This document shows, piece after piece, positions 43,986 to 55,900 of a DNA stretch of 64,000 bases (the stretch's first letter is position 1; every line of letters starts with the position of its first letter). The DNA lies in assembly GCA_947630185.1 (NCBI GenBank), contig CANRGT010000002.1:45467-109466 (forward strand), read 5' to 3'. Source of the stretch: an uncultured Clostridia bacterium (GTDB lineage: Bacteria > Bacillota > Clostridia > TANB77 > CAG-508). The notes under the pieces are model-generated. The model searched no databases. It had not been told where the DNA came from and saw nothing but the letters and a program-made list of their open reading frames with translations. The position numbers and the translations under genes are program-made.

Positions 43986-46900
43986 ATGAACGAAAACCCA
44001 AACCAAAATGAAAATTTAAACGAAAAGGAGAAGATTCCTGAAACAATTTCACCAAAGGCTAAGAAGAAAAAAGTTAGAGAAAAAGCGAAAATTATTAAAG
44101 CTAAACGTAAAGCTCAAGCTGAAGCAAATAACAACAAAGCTGAAAAGCAAGCTAAAAGCTTAAAGCAAAAGCTACTAGTAGGAGCAAGTGTACTCGCAAC
44201 AGCGATAGTACTTGTAATAGCCTTAATAGGAAGCTATAACCAAATAAAGCCTCAAGAAATGGGTGAAATTGCAAGGTCAATGACATATGATAAAGTTAAT
44301 CCAGGAGATGAAAACGTACCAGAAACTAGCGGTAACGTTAAGTTTGATGCGTTCTTTTTGCGTGACTTGACTGGCGACGGAGAAGCCGAGAGCATAAGAG
44401 GAACATGCAAAGAAATTGGAGAAGAATCTACTTTATACATGAACCTTGAAGTACAAAACAAGGGATATTTAGAAAATGGTGTAATAACTATTGAAGCAGA
44501 AAATTTTTACCTTCAAACATCAATACCAAAAGATGAAGAAGTACAAGAAAGTGCAATAGGAAATGATATAAAAGAAATAAAACTAAATAAAATAGACACA
44601 GGCAATGAAAAATTACTTACAGGAATGGTTCATTCAGGAGACTATTCACATTCAAGTACAAAAGCATCAGCAATAGGAAACGATATTACAAAATACAGTA
44701 AAAAAGGAAAAGTAACATTAACTGGAAAATATAAACAAGATGAACAAGACGAAGGTGTGGAAATTAAAAAAGAGGTACAATTTTATGTAGATTGGCATGG
44801 AACAGTAAAAGCAGAGATGCCATCATATTTAGCAGGTACACCAAATTTAGATAAAGAACAGGACATAAAAACAGCAATCAATAAAGATAATAAAACATTT
44901 ACAGTAAACCACATAATAGGAATGCAAGAAGTAAATAATTTATTAAATATAAAAACAGCCTATATAGAAACAGAAATACCACTATTAAATGGATATGAAC
45001 CAAATACAGTAAGAGTAACGGGAAGTAATGTAGTATTTACTTATGACCCAAGCACAGGAGTATTAAAAGCACACAAAGATGTAGTTTTAGATGACAGTAA
45101 AGTAATAACCGAACAGGCATATGATGGAATATATACAGTAGATAACAATAATTATAGATATAACAAATTTAATATAGAAATAGTATACCCATTAGAAGCA
45201 TACGAAAAAATAGGTTCAGACATAATTGAACATAAAATAACAGTTAAAGGATATTATGAAGGATATAATAACGAGAATAGCGAATTTTATAATCCATATA
45301 GATCAAATAAAGTAAATGGTACATTCACATTAAGAATAAAGAATCCAAACGTAACATCGGAGCATTTTGATGTAACAGTTGGAAAATATGCATGTGAACC
45401 AAGTGTAAGATATATAGTATCAAAAGAAAAACCATTAAGAATATATAATGGTTTATCAGAAAAAGAAGATAATGATATATACACAGTAAGATGGGAAGGC
45501 TATACAGGTTCAAACGGTGCAGATAAAACAATTATAATGAAGGAAACCAAGAATGATGAAGAACAATCAGATGAGTTCGTAAAAGCAGATAAACAAAATG
45601 AAAGCATGGAAAATGTAACATCTAACATAGGAATATACTTCTCAAATGCAAATAATACATTAGGTGAAGATGGAGAAATTAAAGTATATGATGATGAATT
45701 AAATGAATTACTTATAACCTTTAATAAATATAATTGGAATAAATATAGTGAAAGTAATCCATATACTTATGATAGGCCTGTAAAACATATAAGAATAGAA
45801 ACAAGTAAAGCAAAAGCAAATTCATCATTATACGTATACAACATAAAGAAATTAGATAATGAATATATTACTACAAATTATACCCAAGAAGAATTTGATG
45901 CATTGAAAGAAATAAAATCAACCTTAAATGGATATTTAGATGATATCCATATAAATGAAGATACACATAGTGCAAACTATGAAACACCATATACAATAGC
46001 AGAAATAGCTTTAAGTAAAAATACATTATCAACACAAGAAACAGAAAATAACTTTGAGATAACATTAAAGGCAGAAGCAAATACAGCATTTAACCAAGAA
46101 TTATGGCAAAATGGAGCATTTTTATTAAAACTACCAAATATAGTAAATGTAGAAATAAATGGAGTAAGAAGCACAAATCAAGATGTAAGAATAGTAAGCT
46201 GTGAGAAATATAAAGAAGGAGAAAACTATTACATAAAAATAAATACAGAAAATGATACTCCTACAACATTTGATTTAATAATATATTGTAACATAACACC
46301 AGACCCAAGAATAATAGCAAAAACAGAAGAAATAGAACTACAATATAGCAATAAAAATGCAGTAGTATATTGGAACGAAGTGCAAGATACAAACGATTTA
46401 AATGGAAACTTAGATAAAGAAGAAAAAATAGGAAAAGCAACGAAAAGTTTAAAATTAGAATCACCAGATTCACTACTTACAAGTGAAACAATAACAGAAT
46501 ATGATAATAACGAAAGTATAACAATAGCACCACAAGTAGCAAGTATAGAAAAAACACAAAATTCAGCCCAAATAAATATACAATTAATAAACAATTGTAG
46601 TAACCAAGTAAGCAAAGTATCAATATTAGGAAGAATTCCTTATGTAGAAAATAAAAATGTAATAACTAATGAAGAATTAGGCTCTGAATTTAATGTACAA
46701 ATGCAAGAAAAAATAGAACTACAAGATAATTTAAAATCAATTGCAAAAGTATATTATAGTGAAAATGCAGAAGCAACAAAGGATGTAAATGGAGAAGGCA
46801 ACAACTGGAAAGATAATCCAGAGGATTTTACTAATATAAAAAGTTATTTAATAGATTTTGAAGATAATATAATAGATAAAAATGCAAATTATGAAATAAG

Positions 46901-49900
46901 CTATAAAGTAACAATACCAAATGATGTAAGCTATAATCAAGTATCATATAGCCATCATGCAGTATATTTTAATGTAAACAGCACAGAAGGAAGCTATACA
47001 ACTCAAATACAGCCAAACAAAGTAGGTTTAAGGATAGTAAAACAATATGACCTAGAATTATTAAAAAATCAAAAAGAAAAAGAAAGTGCAGTAGCAGGAG
47101 CAACATATTATATAAAAGAAGAAAATGCAAAAGAAGGAAAAACTAGAGTAACAGATGAAAGTGGAACATTAACCTTAAAGGATTTATATGTAGATAGAAC
47201 ATATGTAATAAACGAGATAAAAAATCCAGACAATTATGAACTAAATACAGAAGAAATTAAGTTTAGAGTAACAGAAGAAAATGGACTACTAAAACTAGCA
47301 GATGAGCCAGCAGTAGATGAAAATGCGGGTTCAATAGAACTAATACAACCAGTAGAAGGCCAAAAATATAAAGTACAAATAAAAGTAGAAGATGAAGTAA
47401 AAGCAAATTTAAAAATAGTAAAAACACAAAAAGAAAGCCAAGAGACAAAAATAAAAGGAGTACGTTTCAAAATAACAGGAAATAATTTCGAAAACGGAAA
47501 GAACATAACAACAAACGAAAACGGAGAAGCTTTATTTACAGGATTAAGCATAGGACAAGAGTATACCCTAGAAGAAATAAAGGCAGATGGGTATTATTTA
47601 GGTGGCCAAATAAAAGTTACAATCAACAAAGATGGAGAAGGCAATTATACCGCGAGTGTAACAGAAGAGAATAATCAAAAAACAGTAAGTAGCACATCAT
47701 CACAAGAAGAAAATAATATACCAACAGTAACACTTAACATAGAAAATGAAAAAATACCAGAGTATAAGTTAATAATAAATAAAGTAGCAAAAGGAGAAGG
47801 CAATACACCACTAAAAGAAGCAAAATTTAGATTATTTAAAGGAACAGAAAAAATAGGAGACTATGAAACAGATGCACAAGGAAGCATAACAATTCCAAAC
47901 TTATGCAAATTAGATCAAACATATACATTAAAAGAAATATTAGCTCCAAAAGGATATGCAAAAGTAAAAGATATAACCTTCTATGTAACAAGAAATGAAG
48001 AAGGTTCATTAACCATGGAAATAAAAGATGGTAAAGTAAAAGAAAAAGTATTAGATGATGCAAATAATACAGTAACAATAACAATAGAAGACAGTCCAAC
48101 ATTTAAACTAATAAAGAAAGATGGAGAATCGGATGCAGTACTACCAGGAACAAAATTTGCAATATACAATGTAGATGATGGATCAGCACAACTAGCACTA
48201 GACAGTAAGTACAACATATTGGGTGAAAAGGAAGTAATAAATGGAAAAACATATTATACATTAACAACAAATGATGAAGGAGAAATAGAAGCTGACTTAG
48301 GAGAAGGTTTATACAAAGCAGTAGAGCTTAAAGCAAATGACGATAAATACGATATAACTAACAAAGAGTATTACTTTGGAATAGGAGCCTCAAGAGAAAC
48401 AGAAGATATGCCAGTAACGACATTTGCAACGAGTTTTAGTGGAGCTTATGATGATGAAATAACTTCAGTATTAGCAACAAGTGATGGAGGGTATATAGTA
48501 GGAGGATATTGTAGTAATGACATTAATTATTTAAATGGACTATTAATAAAGTACAATGTCAATAATGAAGAGGAATGGAAAAATAGTATAGGACTATATT
48601 ATGGTGATGAAAAAGTAACCTCAATATCAGCAACAAGTGATGGAGGATATATAGTGGGGGGAAGTTTCTCAGGTACATTAAGTGTAGGGGATTATATATT
48701 ACATGGCAATAGCTCTCTTTATTCAGATGGACTATTAATAAAGTACAATGCTAATAATGAGGTAGAATGGGCAATGAATTTTGGAGGATATTACAAGGAT
48801 ATGGTAACTTCAGTATTAGCAACAAGTGATGGAGGATATATAGTAGGAGGATATTTCAGTGGTAGTATAACAGTAGGAGATTATGTATTAAGTAATGAAT
48901 CATCATATAATTCTGATGGACTATTAATAAAGTACAATGCTAATAATGAAGTGGAATGGGCAACGAGTTTTGGTCGAAGTAGAGATGACCAAATAACCTC
49001 AATATCAGAAACAAGTGATGGAGGGTATATAGTAGGAGGATATTTCAGTGGTAGTATAACAGTAGGAGATTATGTATTAAATACTGGATCATTATATAAT
49101 TTTGATGGATTAGTAATCAAGTATAAAGCAAATGGAGAAGTAGAATGGGCAACGAATTTTGGTCAAAGTAATGATGACAAAATAACTTCAGTATTAGCAA
49201 CAAGTGATGGAGGGTATATAGTAGGAGGATATTTCAGTGGTAGTATAACAGTAGGAGATTATGTATTAAATACTAAATCATCATATAATTCTGATGGACT
49301 ATTAATAAAGTACAATGCTAATAATAAAGTAGAATGGGCAACGAGTTTTGGTGGAAGTAGAGATGACCAAATAACCTCAATATCAGAAACAAGTGATGGA
49401 GGATATATAGTAGGAGGATGTTTCCAAGGAAAAAGTATACTAATAGGAAATTATAAAGTAAATAATAACGGTTCAGAGATTTATAAAGAAGGACTACTAA
49501 TCAAATATAAACCAAATACAAATTTAAATAATCCGGATAAATATGTAGTAGACTGGGCAAAGTCAATAGGAGGAGCAGTAGATGACTCTATTAACTTAGC
49601 AGTAGAACTACAAGATGGAACAATATTAGCAGGAGGATCTTTCAAAAGTACAACAGTAGAAACAGATGATGAAAAATTAACAAATAATAGTAAATCAACT
49701 TCATATTCAGATGGAATGCTATTAAAAGTGGCTAAAATGACAAATGTACCAGAAGTTGAAGAATTAAAAGTTGACAACAGTATAAAAGAGTTTAAGATAA
49801 CAACATATGTAGAGGAAATAAATGGAGAAAAAGGTGGAAGCATATCAGAAGGAGAAATAGTAAAGTATGGTAATAGCAGTACTTCAGAAATAAAAATGAT

Positions 49901-52900
49901 ACCTAAAAATGATTATGAAATAATAAAGGTAACAATAAATGGAGTAGAACAAAGCTTTACACCAGATCAAGATGGAAGTTATACATTAGGTAAATTTGAC
50001 GATGTAAAAGAAAATAAACATGTAGTAGTAACATATGCAAAGAAATCAAATAAAATAGTTATTAAAAAAGTAGATAGTAAAACTGAAAGTCCTATGGGAG
50101 GAATAAAATTCAAGATAGACCAGATAAATGAAGGTGAAGTGGATGAGAGCACTCTATACCATACAACAGTAGAAACAAATAAAGAGGGAAAAATAGTAAC
50201 AGAACTACCATATGGAAAATACAGTATAACAGAGGTAAATACCCCAGAAGGATATGTTAAGTTTGAAAATTCAATAGTTATAGAATTTAAAGAGGATAGT
50301 AAAACTGTAGTAAATGGCACAGAAAATGCAAAATATAATAATAATGATAAAGAATACATAATATCAAATACTCCTTTGTCAAAAGTAACAGTACACCATT
50401 ACTTAAGAGATGAAAATGGAAAAACTGAGGTAGCACCAGATGATTTCTTATATGGTAAAGAAGGAGAACAATATATTACAAGACTACACTTAGATTTAGA
50501 AAAATATGAACCAGAAAAAAATGAAGATGGAACATATAATGTTCCAAAAGGTGCAAGTGGAAATTATGAAGAAGCAGATAAAGAAGTAACATATTATTAT
50601 GTAGAAAGAAAAATACCACTAACAGTACACCATTATATAAAAGGAACTCAAAATTCAGTATTATTATCAGATGGCAGTTTAGCAAAAGATAATATACAAT
50701 ATGGAAAACAAGGTGAAGCATACAAAACAGAAGCTTTAAAGCCAAAAGAATTAGCACAACAATATAAATTGGTAGAAACTCCAGCAAACAGTCAGGGAAT
50801 ATATACAGGAAGTGAAATCGTAGTAACATACTATTATGATTTTATTAGTAGCGCATTTACAATTACAAACGTTGATGAAAATGACAATCCAATGGGAGGA
50901 GTAGAATTTTTATTAGTAAATAAAAAGAACGGAGAAACAAAACATTTAATTACTGATGATAAAGGAACAGCTACTGTAGAAGTAGCAATCGGAGATTATA
51001 CATTAACCCAATTAAAAACTTTAGAAGGTTATAAACTAAGTGAAAAGCAGTGGGATATAAACATCAAGATGGGTGAAGATAATGCAATTACTATTAAAAA
51101 TGAGCAAATACATGAATTTGATCTTGAAATTTTAAAACTTAATGCAGAAACAAAGAAAGAAATGGAAGGCATAAGATTTGCACTAAAACATGATATTATA
51201 GTGCAAAATAAACAAACAGGCGAAATATATAAAAATGAAATAATAGAAAACTATATAACAGATGAAAATGGTACAATTATATTAAACGGCTTAGAAAGTG
51301 AAAAAGTATATACATTAGTAGAAAAAACAAGAGGATATATATCAAGTTTACAAGAAATTCAATTTATCATTCATTATAAATATGGTACATATCAAATAGA
51401 AATACTAAAAGGCAGTTCAGAAGATATAGAAGTCTATAATAACAATGTATTTATTAAAATATATAATACTTATGATTTAAAAATAACAAAACAAAATGAA
51501 AATGGGGAACTACTTCCTGATGCAAAATTTGTTATTACAGATATGAATGGTAATATAGTATTAGATGGAGACAACAATCCAGTAGGAAATTTGGAATTAA
51601 TTAATGGAAAACCATTAGCAGTATTAACAACAGATGCAAATGGAGAAATAACAGAAAATTTATTGCCTGGAACATACATATTAACAGAAGTACAAGCTCC
51701 AGATGGATATATATTACCAGAAAAAATGGAAGACAGACAAAATATAATTGAAATTTCCGGAATTGGGGATGGAAGTTTTTACGTAGAAAAGGAAAGTGTA
51801 AAAATATATGAAGATACAACATTCAATGAGTTATTATCTATGTTAGAAATGCAAAATATTGAAATTATTGATAGACATCCAACTAATGATAAAGGCTATA
51901 TTATAGCTGGATGTTTAACAGAGAATGCTAACATAGATGGTTACTATACAGAATCTGGAGAATCAATTAATTTGACAATAGAGGGAGAAGAAGAAAGAGG
52001 AATTAATTTTATAATAACTCCAAATAACAAGATAAAGAGTGTTTTATGTATAGAAAATTCAAGTGAAAATAGTTATAGCAATATTGAAAAAACAATTAGA
52101 ACAAATGATAATAAATATATAAGCATAGGACATTATGCAGGAAAAATATATATTCCAGCTAATTATACTAAAGAAGGAAAAGAAATTAGCTTAGAAACAT
52201 CAGAAGAAATGGCATGGTTTATAATACAATATGATGAAAATGGAAAAGTAGAATCCTTTAATAATGTAGCTGATATTATTAATCAAATAGAAAGCTATGA
52301 TTTAAGAATAATTGATAATGGATCAGAAATAGTATTAGAATGTTATTTCGATGATGAAAGCTGTACCATTCCAGCAGAACAAACCGTAGACTCGAAGGAG
52401 ATTGTTTTAAATAATATAAGTGGTGAAATTTATATTAATATAAATAGTGAAGGTAAAGTTATTAATGCTTATACATTTAAGTACTTAGAAGATATGGGCT
52501 TTGAAATTAATAGTGTAACACCTATGCCTTCAAAAGGGGTAATTGTAACTGGGGGTGCATACAATAATATTATATTTGATAAAAATCAAACAACATCAGG
52601 TAAAGAAATTACTTTGTATGATGGATTAGCTATTATAAAATACAATGCAGAAGGAAAAGTAGAATGGGCAAATAATATTGAATCAAATTATTTGTATTTT
52701 GACCTAATTAAAGAAGTTTCAAATTCATATTTGTGTGCTGTAAACTATGAAGGATATTTATATATTCCAGCAGAATATACTAAGTATGGAGATGAAATTT
52801 ATTTAGAAAGTCAGAATTATGAGCAAGTAGCCCTTATAAAATATGATGCAGAAGGAAAAGTAGAGTGGGCGATTAATAATGATGAAGGCAGTCAAGAACG

Positions 52901-55900
52901 TTATGGAGGAAGCTATTTATATCTAGATATTGGAAAAACAGATAATGGGTATTGTATTATTCTAGATGGGTATGAAGAACCTGGACCAGTGTTACTTGAT
53001 GCAGAAACATATAGTAGGTATTCATACGAACCACCAATGCTTATTAATTATGTAGAAAAAGAAAATAAAATACCTACAGAGCAAGTTGTAAAAAATATAG
53101 AAAATGAAAGCATTCATTATTTTGACTTAGAAATTACAAAACTTGACAGCGATACTAAAGAAACAATTGAAGGGGTAGACTTTTCAATAGAATATACTGA
53201 TAAAAATTTAGAGTTAAAAATACTTCCTCCACCACTTCCTGAAGAACAAGCATTAAATAACGATTATGAAGATTATGGATATCCTGAAAGTTTCATGAAT
53301 GGAATGTTATCTGATCATGTAAATACCTATGAAAGAAAGATAAAAGAAAAACGTACAACTGATGAAAGTGGTAAAATAATATTACAGAATTTAGAAAATG
53401 AAAGAGTATATACTCTTGTAGAAAAATCAAATACAAAAGGTTACATAAATAATAAACAAGAAATTCGATTTGCTGTACATTATAAAAATGGAGAATACAG
53501 CGTAGAAGTATTAAAAGGCAATGCAGATGATATAATAATTGAAGGCAATAAAATAAAAATTAATATATACAATGATCCTAATTTTAAATTAATAAAGCAA
53601 AATAAAGTAGGAAAGTTGCTTGCTGGTTCTAAATTCACTATTACAAATAACGAAGGAGAAGAAGTAAAAGATGGAAATGGTAATCTAATAGGGGTAATAG
53701 AAGAAATAAATGGCGAACCTTTAAGAGTAATAACAACGAAAGAAGATGGTACAATAAAAGAAAATCTATTACCTGGAACCTATATTTTAACTGAGGTACA
53801 AGCTCCAAAAGGATATAAATTACCAGAAGATCCAGAAGCAAGAAAACATACAATTGAAATCGCAGAAACAGGTAATATAGAAGTAAAAGATGTAATAGAA
53901 CCTAACATAAATAATTTAGAAGAAATATTTAAAGATGAAAAAATATATGCATCTTCAAAAAATATAAATGAGGATGGAAGCTTTATTATATCAGGTGGTT
54001 TAAATGAAAATGTTAAAATCGATGAAATTTATACAGAATCAGGAGAACCAATTGAATTAAATAAGTCAGAAGGAATGTGTGATGCAATTAATATAATAGC
54101 TAATGCAGAAGGAAAGATAAAACATATAATTCAAATTAATGGTATTGGCTCTAATAGTGCTAGTACAACTATTACTTCAATAAAAACAAAAGAAAATAAA
54201 TACATAGTTTTAGGAATGTATACTGGAACTATTGAAATACCAAAAGAAAAGACAGTAGATAATCAAGAAAGAACCTTAACAACTGAAGAATATGAAGATA
54301 CTTTTATGGCTATATATAATGAAGAAGGAAAGCTAGAACAAATAAATAGCATTGTAAACATATCTCCACTACTATTATATGGAGAATCTTCAGTTACCTT
54401 ACAACAAAATGATACAAATACAATGATAACAATTGATTATGTAGATGAATATGAATTTATTATTCCAAAAGATAAAACTGCAGATTCAAAACAAATTGAA
54501 TTATATTATATTTATGGACCTGTGGTTATAAATTTAAATGAAGATGGAAAAGTAATTTCTGCATTTATTAATCCAGAAATATCTATTCCTTATGAAGTTC
54601 AAGTAGGATATGGTATTATTACTAAAGATGGAGGAGTACTAATTGGAGGCTACATTAATGATACCTTTGAATTTGATGGTAGCGAAACTGCAAATGGAGA
54701 AAATATTGTAGTAGATAACTATGATGATGGTATTCTAATAAAATATGATGCAGATGGAAAAGTAGAATGGGCAAAAATGTTAGGAGCAGAACAAGGTGGA
54801 TATGGCTTTGTAAGTGAAGTTACAGAAGGATATATTGGAGTAGCATATTATCAGGGAAATGTAATAATACCAAAGCAAGACACACAAAGTGGAAATGAAA
54901 TAGTAGTAGAAGCTCAAACAGATAGCAATAATTGTATGTTAATAAAATATAATGAAGATGGAGAAGTAGAATGGGCAAAAAGGATAGACGATATAGATCT
55001 AAATTCAGAGGAAGGAAATTATTACTTTAATATACAAGAAACTAAAGAAGGATTTTCATTAATAGTAGAAAAACAAGAAAATGAAATAAGCACATATAAA
55101 ATCATAAACTATAAAGAAAATGATAATAATAGCAAAGAAATAGTATTAACAATAGATAACGAAGGAAATCCAACTAAAGTAGTAGTACATCATTATATCG
55201 AAGGAACAAATCAAAGGGTACCATCAAATGAGGATGGACAAGTAGTGCAAGATGAAGAAAAAACAGGCTTTGTAGGAGACATTTATACTACAGAAGCTTC
55301 ACCAAATATTAACCAATATTTTGAATTTGCTTCAAATGGTGAAACTGAAGCAACTGGTGAAATGACAGAAGAACAAAAGGAAGTAATCTATTATTATAGA
55401 TTAAAGAATGTTCAAGTAGAACAGAATGAATTAAGTAAAACAGCTACAAGCAAGATAATAAGAGAAAATCAAGAAATAGATTATACAATAACATATCACG
55501 GAAAAGTAACAGAATATATAGGAAATGCAAAAGTAACGATAGTAGATACTCTTCCATACAAAATAGATGAAAGCAGTAAAGAGAAAATAGAAGGCTTAGA
55601 AAATTGGACATATTCAGAAGAAGATGGAATACCAACTCTTACATATGAAAAAACTATAGAAAATATTAATGGAACAGAAGAAATAGATATAGAAGAACAA
55701 CTAGAATTGGTATTTGTTGAAGTAAACTATGGATTAAAGACAATAGAAAACAAAGCAAAAGCAACATTATATTTAGAAACAGCAAAATCAACTCATGAAA
55801 CAGAAGAGGCAATAGCACAAACAGAAATAGAAATAACAAAAGATATAACAGTTACTAAGAAATGGAATCATGAAAACAATACTTATGAAATTCCAGATAA

